In this document: positions 1 through 12,325 of the stretch, piece by piece
Layout: the number at the start of each line of letters is the position of its first letter
How positions within the stretch are numbered: position 1 is the first letter of the stretch
Origin: Callorhinchus milii
Lineage: Eukaryota
DNA length: 64,000 bases
Direction: 5' to 3'
NCBI RefSeq assembly: GCF_018977255.1
Contig: NW_024704742.1
Location: 137,394,001 to 137,458,000, forward strand
Made by a program: the position numbers and the translations under genes
Notes under the pieces: generated by a model
The model's input: only the letters and a program-made list of their open reading frames with translations
Database searches by the model: none
Told to the model about the DNA's origin: nothing

Positions 1-11
1 AACAGACACGA

Positions 12-670
12 TGGGGAGAGAGCAGGGAATGGGATTAGAGAGCTCCAGTGGGGGGGAGAGAGAGAGCAGGGAATTGGATTAGAGAGCTCCAGTGGGGGGA
101 GAGAGCAGGGAATGGGATTAGAGAGCTCCAGTGGGGGGAGAGAGAGAGCAGGGAATTGGATTAGAGAGCTCCAGTGGGGGGAGAGCAGGGAATGGGATTA
201 GAGAGCTCCAGTGGGGGGAGAGAGAGTAGGGAATTCGATTAGAGAGCTCCAGTGGGGGGAGAGCAGGGAATGGGATTAGAGAGCTCCAGTGGGGGGAGAG
301 AGAGCAGGGAATTCGATTAGAGAGCTCCAGTGGGGGGAGAGAGAGCAGGGAATTGGATTAGAGAGCTCCAGCGGGGGGAGAGAGCAGGGAATGGGATTAG
401 AGAGCTCCAGCGGGGGGAGAGAGCAGGGAATGGGATTAGAGAGTTCCAGTGGGGGGAGAGAGAGAGAGCAGGGAATTGGATTAGAGAGCTCCAGCGGGGG
501 GAGAGAGCAGGGAATGGGATTAGAGAGCTCCAGTGGGGGGAGAGAGAGAGAGCAGGGAATTGGATTAGAGAACTCAGGTCTCTCACTTGCAAAGCGAGTG
601 CTCTAACCGCTGAGCTACAGGACTCCACACTCCTACAGGAATGGGATTAGAGAGATCCAGTGGGGGAAGA
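12..670 (+). repeat. Minisatellite, ~37-43 bp unit gagagagcagggaat(g/t)ggattagagagctccagtgggggg
   Basis: About 14 directly visible tandem copies, running into a CR1-like 3' tail at ~671-722. Confidence 0.92.
570..626 (-). mobile_element. tRNA-derived SINE head fragment
   Basis: Reverse complement of ggagtcctgtagctcag...gagcactcgctttgcaagtgagagacctgagtt, as in the full copies. Confidence 0.85.
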
Positions 671-947
671 GAGCACCAGCACAGACACGATTTGACGAAT
701 GGCTTCCTCTGGCAGTGTCGATGACTGACCTCCCCCTCTTCTCTGCCTCGGCTTCCATTCCCGTGCAGTGCTCGAGCTGTTACCCTATGTGACGGACGCT
801 GTGTAAATGATGCTGTTGGTCTCAACGGAGCGACGTGATCCGAGGTTACAGCTGTGACAGAAACACGCGCACACTGACACACACTCACGCGCACACTTTG
901 CACAAACAGACACAAAGCCTTCACCGACATTGTTTAAAAGTTAAACC

Positions 948-953
948 TTTATT
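948..953 (-). terminator. Poly(A) signal AATAAA (main isoform)
   Basis: tttatt on the + strand, followed on the minus strand by a GU-rich element (ctttgtgtctgtttgtg). A second AATAAA lies at 2416-2411. Confidence 0.7.
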
Positions 954-3787
954 CCTCAATATCTCTAGCTCATGTAATCACTGCATAACAGTTAAAAATC
1001 TATAGACTGCCACTGCAGAGAGAGGCAGCAGAAACAATATTTACAGGAGGGGATTTTCCCCCACACAAAAAAAAATGTCAACACCAAATACTGAAGAGGG
1101 GAAGAACGAAATAAAAACCAGACAATATATATATATATATATACTTTTTCTTCTTAAAAAAAATTCCATCATCAGTGCAATCCCACCAGGTCTTTGAAAC
1201 CGACACCCAGGATTACTGTGACTTGTTACCCCTGAACACGCCTGAACTCACAGTATTTCAGTTTGCCTATAATACGAAGCTTTGGAGGAGAAAAAGTACT
1301 TACAAGCACGTTCAACAGTTACCTGTGCTTTGTTCCTGCTGTGCCTTGTCCTTGGTTTAAAAAAAAACTCTCCAAAAGAATTCAGCCTCCGTGGATAAAT
1401 TTTAACAAAAGAATCTTTTTCTCTTCTCTTCCCCCCCTACAATTTTTTTTAAGACCTCTTCTCTCCCCTTCCCTCAAGACCCCCCACCTCCGGAAGGTTG
1501 AAATGCCTTCTCTTGTCTCTCCCTCTCTCTCCCGAGTTGGCTGATCTCAGTTGGAGGATTACAGTATATAGTTTGGGGCATAACACGTGCAAGCGACTGC
1601 CAGGATGGTGGTGGGTGAACTGGATGGACCTTGGTCTTCTTTTGTCTAGCAAATCCTTATGTTCTTATGTATGCAGTGAGTGGACCTCAGGACTCCAGAG
1701 GAAATAATCAGCCAGGATTCCGCATCTCAATCCTTGTTAAAACACTCTTGGGGATGGTGAGGGAGGGCAGTGGATGGGAGAAGAAAGCGTGTGAAGGAAC
1801 ATCTATCTCAGCTAATTTCAGTCCTCCTCTCACCCAAGGAGACTGCGGACTCGAACCCAGACACAGGGAGCTGTCCATGCATAGCGCATGCATATATATA
1901 TGTGTATTGGACTCGGTCTGGTTTGGAGAATTAGTGTTGGGTTTCCGCATGTGTCACATACCTGGCTGACCAACACGCCCCTCATTTACACACCCACATT
2001 CTCAATGGCTGATCCGTGACCGCCCAGGCTGAAGTTTCCCTCTCAATCGGCCAGGGGGTGCTAAAGGCAAACTGGACCCCAATGCACCAAGCCCCCCCTC
2101 TCCCACAGTGCTCTGAGATCAGTTGGGAGAAGAGGGGACCTTGTGTTTGTCAATGAACTTCTGTTCATTTAGTATGAGAAACTTTGTGTGTGTGTGTGCG
2201 GGCGGGAACTACGATAACGTGTCACAACCACCTCAATATTAATATTCCCAGTCACCATTTCACAATCAAATATACATCAACAAAACCCCCGGGTGGAGGC
2301 GCAGAGAGACACCAGGACAAGTAAAGAGGCAGCGACTGAGTTGGTGGTAAACTAGTGAGAGCAAGTACAAAATGGGGACTCAGAGTCTGACAGTCAATTT
2401 GTTGAAACAGTTTATTGCACTGGATACCTGACTTAGCTCGACTGCGTTTGAGCAGTTAACCTGGGCCCCACCAGCCTCTCTCCACCCCACCCTGGGGGCG
2501 ATGTCACAGCCCACCCAGCCCCAGTGCCTTGGGATGTCCTCCCCACGTGAAGAGCGCTGTGAAAAGATAAATGTGTATTGCTGTAGCCTCTGACCCTTCC
2601 AACAGATTCTGGGACGAACCCTCTGGGAGGCACTGACCCGCTGGAGAGAGAGAGGCGGAAACACAGGATTGATCCTGAAGGTCCCCATAGGCCCAGCCAA
2701 TGGAGGAGCAATGTGGGGAGGGGGAAGAGAAAGAGATTGTGTGTGTGAGGGGGGGGGGGGGGGGGAGAGAGGAAGTGGAGGGGGGGAGAGAGAGAGAGAA
2801 AGTGTGGGGGTTTGGGAGAGACTGTCAAGGATGTGTTGGGGCCTTTGAATATTGATTGTATACTTGGCTCCAATCCCTTCCCACCCCAAATCCCGGTGGG
2901 GTAGGTGGGGGTGAGGGGAAACCATTGAGTTTGCATCTCTGACCAGGCTGCTGATACTCTCTCTCCCCACCACCCCCCCCCCCCCACTTCCCACACAACC
3001 CCCCCCCCCCCACCCTTTGAAAATACAACATTATAGAAGCCTTCCCTGAGTCAAGTTTGATTATTGCATTCTTTACAAAGAAAACTGGTTAATTGGGAAT
3101 GGGAGGGAGAGTGAGAGAGGGGAGGGAGGGGCACATGGTAACCCGCCCAAATAAAAAAAATCAGTCACTACACTTGCCAGTAATTGCTGTGAGATTCAGC
3201 TTCTCGACTGTGTTAAAAACACACGTTCCCTTTACACTCTTCACAGGTTGTAGGGTCCATCGCTTCCAACAAAACTGTTCTAGTTGGAAGGTGGGGGGTG
3301 TTGAGGGGGCTTGTTGGGGGGGGGGGGGGGGGAGGAGAGAGGAAAAAATCACAGAAGTGAGTGTCCGCGAAGGGGAGATAGCAACCCTGGCGGTCGTCGA
3401 CCTCAGTCTCAATTTGCTAGTGAAGAGGATAACAAATAAACCATCTGCTGCAACACAAGTCCATGTTACACATAACCCCCACCCACCCTCCCTCCCCCCA
3501 TTTATAAATACATCTCCTTTTCAACGCGAGAACCTACTAACCCAAAACCTCCTGAAGGCAGTGATCACACACTGCGACAAGCGAGAACACAGCAGGTCCT
3601 CATAGGCTCCCAGCCCCAAAACTGCCCCATTTTAAAAATAATTCAACCCTGCCTGATAATCTTCGTACGTCAAAACAGTGGAGACTCGCTCGGCAAAGTA
3701 TTTAAAATAAAACTAGTTTCTATTGCTTTCCATACGCCTTTCCTAACTCAAAAATACACGGGACATTTGATTTGTGCCTCTCAATAC

Positions 3788-4042
3788 TGTGTGCGTGTGT
3801 GCATATGTGAGTGCATGTTTGTACATTTGTAGACATACACACATGCGCGTATATATACGTTTATACGCGTGTGTATGTGTGAGAAAATACACACACACGC
3901 GTATGAGTGCATGTTCATAATATACGGTACATGTGCATGCGTGCGTGTGTGCACGTGTGTATGCGTTTACAATGTAAGTGCGTGCATATGTATATTTGCG
4001 CGTGTGGGTGTGTACTGGTGTGCGAGTGTGCGCACACACACA
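3788..4042. repeat. Degenerate alternating purine-pyrimidine (TG/CA/TA/CG) tract
   Basis: Directly visible. Confidence 0.85.
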
Positions 4043-4707
4043 CAGGACGTTTAAAACTAGTAAGCTGTAAAGAAAATACTTTCACAAACACCAAATGTCA
4101 AAACAAAAATCTAGACACAAGGTTTAGAACTGTGCAGGAAGACCACTGAGGAGCCACCAACCAGGTATGTGTCCACTTAACAGCTGAGGTCCAGCCCCCC
4201 ACCCCCCACCCGGCCAGTCCTCGGCCCGATGGGGGTGGGGCAAGAGATCAGATCACATCAGATTTCTCTGCATCAAAATTCCTCATGGCCTCAAGCGTAA
4301 GACTTGAACTTTAAGATGGTGGAAACGGCTTAAAATGGCTTCCAAACAGAGACCGACCGGATTTAGGAACGTGCCGTTTGTCAGAAGCTTTTTGAGACGT
4401 TGGGTCTTGAAGGAGAGGCCACAGTTTCCAAACTCAACAGCGGCAACTGTGTGCCTTTCAACCACCACCCCACCCCACTCCCCACTCCCCACTCCCGCTT
4501 GCCCTGCAATCTGATACATAGGAAAGCAAGCCACGGGGATTCCACAGCACAACACACATCGCTGTGTGTGCATGGGTAGCTTGGTATTGAGTGTGAGACC
4601 CACCCGGCGTAATTAACTTCGAGAATGGGGGTGGGGGGGGGGAATCTTTCACCCCCTGACCCCCTAAACAAGCCCCACAACCTGTGGCCAGGTGGGGGGG
4701 GGGGAGG

Positions 4708-5279
4708 CAGGGGTCTGTGTGCTGCAGGGGGTCTGGGCGCTGCAGGGGATCTGGATGCTGCCGCAGGGGTCTGGGTGCTGCCGCAGGGGGTCAGGGTGCT
4801 GCCGCAGGGTTCTGGGTGCTGCAGGGGGTCTGGCTGCTGCCGCAGGGGGTTTGGGTGCTGCCGCAGGGGGTCTTGTGCTGCTGCAGGGGTCTGGGTGCTG
4901 AAGGGGATCTGGGTGCTGAAGGGCATCTGGGTGCTGCAGGGAGTCTCGGTGCTGAAGGGGGTCTGGGTGCTGCTGGGGGTCTGGGTGCTGCAGGGGGTCT
5001 GGGTGCTGCAGGGGGTCTGGGTGCTGCAGGGGGTCTGGGTGCTGCAGGGGGTCTGGGTGCTGCAGGGGGTCTGGATGCTGCAGAGGGTCTGGGTGCTGCA
5101 GGGGGTCTGGGTGCTGCAGGGTCTGGTGATGCTGGGGGTCTGGGTGCTGCTGGGGTCTGGGTGCTGCTGGGGTCTGGGTGCTGCAGGGGGTCTGGGTGCT
5201 GCTGGGGGTCTGGGTGCTGCTGGGGGTCTGGGTGCTGCAGGGGGTCTGGGTGCTGCAGGGGGTCTGGGTGCTGCCGCAG
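4708..5279. repeat. GC-rich VNTR, 18-21 bp unit gggggtctgggtgctgca, inside the 3' UTR
   Basis: About 30 tandem copies; these explain the multi-frame low-complexity ORFs here. Confidence 0.93.
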
Positions 5280-5512
5280 GTGGAACATACCTTTTTGGGG
5301 TAATACACAGTGGTTGCAAACGACACAAATGTCACTCGGAGAAAAGTAAATGAACAAAAAGTTTCCAATCTTTGTGTACAGCAGCACCCCCAGGGGCTTC
5401 GTCACACACGCTCTCCCCCCGCCTCGCTGAGTGAAGACAGCAAAGGGGGGGGGGNAAGGAAAGGTGGGGTGGGGCGGAGGTGGGTTGGGGGCGGGGAAGA
5501 GGGGTGTGGCTC

Positions 5513-5720
5513 TCACAGCAGGTATCTACGTCTGGCGTCTTCGTCGCGGGTCAGGTCCACCACCTCGGGGGGCACGGTCCAGGGGGGCTGGGTGACGGCT
5601 GCCCACGAGTGTATCTGTTGCTGTGGGGGGGGCTGCTCCCTGGCGCTCAGACAGTACGGGTGGGAGGTAGCGTTCCAGGTGGAACAGGTCTGAATCACGC
5701 CGGGTCTGCTCTGTGGACGT
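5513..5720 (-). CDS. ARK2N: ARK2N last coding exon (exon 5)
   Basis: GVIQ...SWAAVT...PEVVDLTRDEDARRRYLL* matches the C18orf25 C-terminus EVVDLTLDEDSRRKYLL. Acceptor ttctgcag|A; TGA at 5515-5513. Confidence 0.95.
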
Positions 5721-5771
5721 CTGCAGAAGCCGTTAAAAAAAACATTTTAGAACCACAGTAATTTATAATAA

Positions 5772-6118
5772 AAATAATCCCTGCATTTGATACAGCGCCT
5801 TATCACGTCATTGATACGTCTCAAAGCGCTTCACGGGATATACTGTAAAGTGGAGTGACTGTGTATTTTGTGATCAAAACAACTGTGCACAGCTGTGTCC
5901 CACAAACAGTGGTGAATTGAATGATTTTGACCAAATTATTTTTAAGGAATTATTACCCCCGGAAAATGATTTTTTGCCAATCAACTAATAACCAGGTTCC
6001 TTCTTACTGCTGTGTAAACAGGAGCGCGTGGAGCAAGGAAATTTACCTAATGTTTCGTCCTACATGGGAATCACCCAGGTGCTCTTGCTTATGCTCTAAC
6101 CATTACACTATGGGACTC
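5772..6118 (-). mobile_element. tRNA-derived SINE (long form, diverged)
   Basis: Head, Deu-like core (tgtttgtgggacac..ctgtgcac) and L2-like tail. Confidence 0.85.
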
Positions 6119-6252
6119 TGGTTATGGCTTTAGCAGCAGTGGGGGACAAGGGCTGTGATGTGTGGTGTGTGGGTGGGTGTGTGTTGGTGTGTGTGTAGTG
6201 TGTGTGTAGTGTGTGTGGGGGTGTGTGGCAGCGATGTGTGTGCTTAGTGGGT

Positions 6253-6806
6253 GTGGCTCCCCATCCCCCAGAGGATTGATTTCAAGATCCTCATCCTCAC
6301 CAATAAGGCCATTCACGGCCTCGCTCCCTCCTCCTCTCTGACCTACTGTCCCCCTACCTACCTGCCCGTACCCTCCGTTCCTCTGGCTCTGGTCTGCTCC
6401 ACATCCCCCGCCCCAACCGCCCTACCATCGGTGGTCGGGCCTTCAGCCTCTCAGCCCCGAGGCTCTGGAACTCCATCCCCCAGTGCCTTCGCCGCCTCCT
6501 CCCTCTCCTCCTTCAAGGCCGGTCTCAAAACCTTTCTCTTTGACCGAGCCTTCAGCTCCCCTCTCGACTCTCTACCCCCTCCTCGCTCCCTCGCTCCCTC
6601 CCCTCACCCTGACCATTTCCCCCCTCCTCGCTCCCTCCCTTCCCTCCCCTCACCCTGACCATTTCCCCCCTCCTCGCTCCCTCCCTTCCCTCCCCTCACC
6701 CTGACCATTTCCCCCCTGCTAGGGTCCTGACCAAACTGTGCAGCGCCTTGGGAATCCTCCTGACGTGAAAGGCGCTTTATAAATGGAATCTTGTTGTTGT
6801 TGTTGT
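6253..6806 (+). mobile_element. L2 LINE 3' fragment with internal ~48-bp tandem repeat
   Basis: WLPIPQRIDFKILIL and SFKAGLKTFLF (L2 ORF2 C-terminus), tail gacgtgaaaggcgctttataaat + (ttg)n. Confidence 0.88.
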
Positions 6807-6983
6807 TGTGTGTTTGTGTAGTGTATGTGTGGGATGTGTGTGTATAGGGGGAGTGTGTTTGTGTAGGGGGAGTGTGTTTGTGTAGTGTGTGTTTTGTGTG
6901 TGTGGGTGTGGGATGTGTGTGGGATGCTTGCGTGGGATGTATGTATGTGGGTGTAGGGTGTGTGTGTATGTGCTCTCTTGTAC

Positions 6984-7110
6984 CTGGGATCTTCCTGCAC
7001 TCCCACAATCTCGACCTCGCTGTCGCTGGAGGCGATCTGGATTTCCTCCTTCACTGGGACGGAGAAATCTGCAAAACCATCGCCAGCCATCAGGTCCTCG
7101 TCCAGCTGCC
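6984..7110 (-). CDS. ARK2N: ARK2N coding exon 4
   Basis: GQLDEDLMA...EEIQIASSDSEVEIVGVQE matches the C18orf25 acidic SIM segment. Acceptor ggctccag|GG; donor CCCAG|gtacaa; phase 1-2. Confidence 0.93.
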
Positions 7111-7129
7111 CTGGAGCCAACAGCACAAG

Positions 7130-7494
7130 CAGGTGTGAGCCAGTCAGTGTAAGTCAGTGTGAGCCACCATCAGTGTGAGCCACCATCAGTGTGGGTCAGT
7201 GTGAGCCACCGTTAGCGAGAGCCACAGTCAGCGAGAGCCACCGTCAGTGTCAGCCACCGTCAGTGTGAGCCACAATCAGTGTCAGCCAGTCAGCGTGAGC
7301 CACAGTCAGCGAGAGCCACAGTCAATGTGAGCCAGTCGGTGTCAGTATAAGCTTGTCAGTGTGAGGCAGTCAGGGTGAGCCAGTTAGTATGAGCCACAGT
7401 CAGTGTAACCCACAGTCAGTATCAGCCACAGACAGTGTGACCACATTCAGTGTATGCTAGTCAGTGTAACAGCACAAGCAAGTGTAAGTCACAA
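7130..7494. repeat. Degenerate ~18-bp tandem repeat (cagtgtgagccac core)
   Basis: Directly visible next to the exon 4 acceptor. Confidence 0.8.
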
Positions 7495-8354
7495 TCACCA
7501 ACATCAATTTGCACTTATATAGTGCCCTCCAGGTAAGGTAGTGTCTCAGAGCGCTTAACAGAGCCTAACTCTGAACTGGGGGGCCCGTAAGTCCTGTCAA
7601 AGAGGAAGGTTTTCAGGCGGGACTTGAAAAAGGGGAGAGGGAGCAAGGCAGAGGGATTGAGGAAGAGTGTTCAAGCGTTTTGGGGCATAGTGGCTGAAAG
7701 CGCAACCTTCTATGGTGGGGGAGAGGGTGCGAGGGACGAGCAGGAGCTGGTGCCAGTCGAGCGGAGGTGCCGGGTGGTGGATTGGGGAGTGAGGAGGTCG
7801 GAGAGGGAGGGAGGTGCCATAGAGTGAATGGATTTGAACACGAGAGTGAGGATCTTGAAGTCGATCCATTCGGTGATGGGGAGCCAGTGGAGCCTGGGGC
7901 AGAGCTGGTGAGATGTGGGTTCGGAGTTTGGTCGGGGTCAGTATGGGGGCGGCAGAGTTTTGAATGAGTTGGATCTTGTGAATGCTGGAGGTGGGAAGAC
8001 CAGCGAGGAGTACGTTGGGAGTAATCCAGGCGGGAGGTGACAAACGCATGCACGAGGGTTTCGGCTGCATTTGGGGTAAGGTACGGTCGGAGGTGGGCAA
8101 TGTGGCGGAGGTGGAAGAAGGGGGTCAGGGACTGGATGTGGGGGAAGAAGGACAGTTGGGGTTGAATTGCCTAGATTGCGCACTGGTTCATAGAATCATA
8201 GAATTATACAGCACAGAAGGAGACCATTCGGCCCATCGTGTTAGGGCCGGCTCTTTGAAAAGAGCTTCCAAATCAACCCCCCGCTCTGTCCCCATAGCCC
8301 CTGCAAACTTGTCCTCCCCAAATAATTATCTACTTCACAAAATTATCTACTCCA

Positions 8355-10260
8355 AATCGAATATAGGAAGTGCAGAAGCGGTTTGAAAAAGGAAATAAGA
8401 GGGGCAAAAAGATTATACAAAAAAAGGTTAGCGGGTACTATTAAAGGGAATTCTAAAGTATTTTACAAACATATCAAGAAAAAAAGGCTCGTCAAAGGTA
8501 GGGTGGGGCCAATTAAGGACCAAGGGGGAAATCTTATTGTGGAGGCAGAGGGCAATGGCTGATGTGCTGAATGAGTACTTTGCATCTGTCTTCACAAAAT
8601 AAATGGATGCACCAAATGCCGCAGTATCAGAGGAGAGGGGAGAGGAAATACATAGGATAAGTATAAACAGAGAGGAAGTACTGAAAAGGTTGACTGGGCT
8701 GAAGGTGATAAGTCGCCCGGTCCGGACGGGATGCAGCCGAGGTTACTATGGGAGGTACGGGTACAAATAGCGGAGGCTTTGACTACAATTTTTCAATCTT
8801 CGTTGGACACAGGAGTGGTGCCCGAGGACTGGAGAGTGGCCAATGTGACTCCACTGTACAAAAAGGGACAGGAGGACAAACCTGGGAACTCCAGGCCAGT
8901 CAGCCTAACATCAGTAGTGGGGAAACTCCTGGAGACTATAATCCGGGACAGAATAAATCTTCACTTAGAAGAATATGGGTTAATTAGGGACAGCCAACAT
9001 GGATTTGTTAAAGGCAAATCTTGTCTAACAAATCTAATAGAATTTTTCGATGAGGTAACGGAGAGGGTGGATAAAGGTAGTGCAGTTGATGTAGTTTATA
9101 TGGACTTTCAAAAGGCATTTGACAAAGTGCCACATGAAAGACTTGTAAGAAAGATAGAAGCCCATGGTATAAAAGGGACAGTGGCAGCGGATCCAGAACT
9201 CACTGGGAGACAGAAAGCAGAGAGTTGTGGTGAACGGCTGCTTTTCTGACTGAAGGTAAGTGTACAGTGGCGTCCCCAGGGATCGGTATTAGGACCACTG
9301 CTCTTCTTAATATACATAAATGATCTGGACTTGGGTATAGTAAGCACCATTTCCAAGTTTGCGGACGACACAAAGTTAGGGAGGGGGTAAACAGTGAGAA
9401 GGATAGGAGCCGACTGCAGGAAGACATAGACAGGTGGTAAAATGGGTGACACATGGCAGATGAGTTTCAATGTGGAGAAATGCGAAGTAATGCATTTTGG
9501 TAGAAAGAATGAGGGGCAATATAGGCGGTAATACAATCTTAAAGGGGTAAAAGAACAGAGAAACTGGGGGGGCAGGTAAATGAATCCTTGAAGGTGGCAG
9601 GACAGGGAGATAAGGCTGTAAAAAGGGCATATGGGATACTGGGCTTTATAAATAGGGGCATAGAGTACAAGAGTCAGGAGGTTCTGATTAACCCATATAA
9701 ACACTGGTTAGGCCTCAGTTAGAATACTGCCCCAGTTCTGGGCCCCACACTATAGGAAGGATGTTAAGGCATTGGAAAGGGTACAGAGGAGATTTACGAG
9801 GATGGTACCAGGAATGAGGGACCGTGATGAGGAAAGGCGAGAGAGACCGGGATTATCCTCATTGGAGTAGAGAAGGTTACGAGGACCTAATAGAGGTCTT
9901 CAAAATCATGAGGGGATTTGATGGGTTAGAAAGGGAAAAACTGTTTCCACTGGTGGGTGTGTCGGTGACTCGAGGTCAGATTCAAAATAGTCTCTAAAAG
10001 AAGCCGAGGGGAGGTGAGAAGAAATTTTTTCACGCAGAGAGTTGTTCGAATCTGGAACATTGCCTGAAAGGGCGGTCGAGGCCGATTCGATAACTACTTT
10101 TAAAAACGCGGTGGACGGGTATTTGAGGAGTACGGGATTGCAGGTTATGCGGAAAGGGCTGAGGAGTGGGATTGACATTAATTGCTCTATTCAAAGAGCC
10201 GCACAGACTCGATGGGCCGAATGGCCTCTTTTTGAGCTGTACAATTCTATGATTCTGTGA
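8355..10260 (+). mobile_element. CR1 LINE 3' portion with decayed reverse transcriptase
   Basis: ORF 8731-9249 VPEDWRVANVTPLYKKG...RPVSLTSVVGK...QHGF..GKSCLTNL...VDVVYMDFQKAFDKVPH, then FADDTK. Frameshifted; ends in an attctatgattc tail. Confidence 0.93.
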
Positions 10261-11479
10261 TTCACTCTTAAAAGCTGTTATGGAATCGGCTTCCCTCAGC
10301 CTTTCAGGCAATGCATTCCAGATCCCAACAACTTGCTGTGTGAAAACACTTCTCACCTCACCTGTTTCTTTTAATAACTATTTTAAATCGGTGCCCTTGG
10401 GTTACCAACCCACCCGCCAGTGGGAATAGTCTCTCCTGTTCACCCTATCGAATCCCCTCATAATATTGAAAACTTCTATTAAGTCTCCTCTTAACCTTCT
10501 CTGCTCCAAGGAGAATAATCCCAGTGTCTCCAGCCTCTCCTGATCACTGAAGTCCCTCATTCCTGGTACAATCCTTTGCACACTGTCCAATGCCTTGACA
10601 TCGTTCCTAAAGTGTGGGGCCCAGAACTGAACCCAGTCTCTCGCTGAGGCCTAACCAGTGTTTTATATAAAGGTTCATCATAACTTCCTGACTTTTGTAT
10701 TCTATGCCCCTGTTTATAAAGCACTAATATCTTGCATGCTCTTTAACAGCTGTATCTACCTGTCCGGCCACCTTCAAAGATTTACTATATGACCCCCGGG
10801 TCTCTCTGTTCCTTCATCCCCTTCAAGATTGTACCATCAGCTTATATTGCCTCTCCTCATTCTTCCTCCCAAAATGTATCACTTCTCATTTTTTTTTCTC
10901 ACTTTTCAGTTCTCCTCTGTACTTTCTATATTCTATTTGATTATCTTCTGTATTTTGGACCTGGCATTTATCATAAGCCTCCTTTTTCTGTTTTATTTTA
11001 AACCCGATTTCCTTATTCATCCAGGGAGGTTTGGATGCCCTATTTTCCCCTTCGTGGGAATATATTTGTTCTGTCCCCAAACTATCTCCTCCTTGAAGGC
11101 TTCCCATTGCTCGTTAGCTTTATAACTGCCAATCTTTCTTTCCAGTCCACCTTGGTCAGGTCCCTTTTTTAAGTCACTGAAATTAGCCCTCTTCCAGTTG
11201 AGTATCTTCATCTTTCTTTAATTATTGCTTGTCCCTTTCCATAAGTACTCTAAACCTAATGATGTTGTGATCACTGTTGTCCAGATACTCTCCTACTGAA
11301 ACCTGCTCCACTTGCCCCACTTCATTCCCCAGAACTAGATCCCGCACTACTTCATTCCTCGTTGGGCTGGAAACATACTGACCCAGAAATGCACACATTT
11401 CAGGAATCCTCCCCCCTCCTGTCCCTTTACACTGTTATTTTGCCAGACTATGTTAGAATAATTGAAGTCCCCCCTTATC

Positions 11480-12005
11480 AACAACAGGATTACATTTGTA
11501 TAGCGCCTTTCACGTCGGGAGGACGTCCCAAGGCAATGGACAGAGTACAGCATTTCAGACCTGAGCTGGGGTCAGGGGGGCGAAGGAAGGGGAGGGGAAG
11601 TGGCTGATGGCATGGTCGAAGAGGAGGGTCTTGAGGCGGGACTTGAAGGAGGCTAAGGAGGGGGCGAGGCAGAGTGATTGGGGGTCAGAGGTTGGGGGCA
11701 GAGTGGCTGAAGGCTCTCCCGCCAATGGTGGGGCGGGTGGGTCGGGGGACATGGAGCAGGCCGGAGCCGGCTGAGCGGAGGGTCGGTAGGGGGTTAGGAG
11801 CTCACAGAGGTAGGGTGGGGCAAGGCCATTGAGGGCTTTGTAGGTAAGGACCAGGATCTTGAACTGGATCCTCTGAAGGATAGGGTGCCATTGGAGTCGG
11901 GCGAGAGTGGGGGAGATGGGGTCACGGAGTTTGGTGCGGGAGAGGACATGGGCTGCAGAGTTCTGGATTATTTGCAGCCTGTGGAGGGAGGAGTTGGGAA
12001 GGAGT
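11480..12005 (-). mobile_element. L2 LINE 3' fragment
   Basis: SFKSRLKTLLFD remnant and the L2 tail gggacgtcctcccgacgtgaaaggcgctat. Confidence 0.85.
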
Positions 12006-12325
12006 GGAGTCCTGTAGCTCAGTGGTTAGAGCACTCGCTTTGCAAGTGAGAGACCAAGTTCAATTCCAGGCAGGGCGAAACCTTGGGCAAGTTTCCTTAC
12101 TCCACACAGAGCCTAATAATAATCCCTCCAAAACTAAAAACAATAATTAAATTGGTCATTTTCAATCTACGACTGTTTGTGGGACATTGCTGTGCGCAAT
12201 TGGCTGCCGCGTTCGCCCACAAATATACAGTCAATTCACTTTACAGTGCGTTCTGTGAAGTGCTTTGGGACGTCCTTCCGACGTGAAAAGCGCTATATCA
12301 AATGCAAGGATTATTATTATTATTA
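12006..12325 (+). mobile_element. Full-length tRNA(Ala-like)-derived SINE, young short subfamily
   Basis: A box tagctcagtgg, TGC anticodon-like loop, B-box-like gttcaattcc, Deu-like core, L2-type tail, (tta)n. Confidence 0.92.

Larger units (their letters stand above)
930..5512 (-). other. ARK2N: Predicted ~4.6 kb 3' UTR of ARK2N
   Basis: Runs from the stop codon to AATAAA at 953-948. No recognisable SINE/LINE insertions, unlike the introns. Confidence 0.7.

Noticed and set aside
289..650. Repetitive ORFs and a CRISPR-like look of the repeat array
   Set aside because: Units are contiguous with no unique spacers; eukaryotic minisatellite.
4381..5516. Several 220-315 aa ORFs in multiple frames
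   Set aside because: Artefacts of the stop-free 18-bp VNTR in the 3' UTR.
8731..9249. 172-aa RT ORF
   Set aside because: Fragment of a frameshifted CR1.
12006..12080. tRNA-Ala gene-like sequences (also 13814, 49480-49557, 63071)
   Set aside because: Each continues directly into SINE body sequence; these are SINE heads, not tRNA genes.
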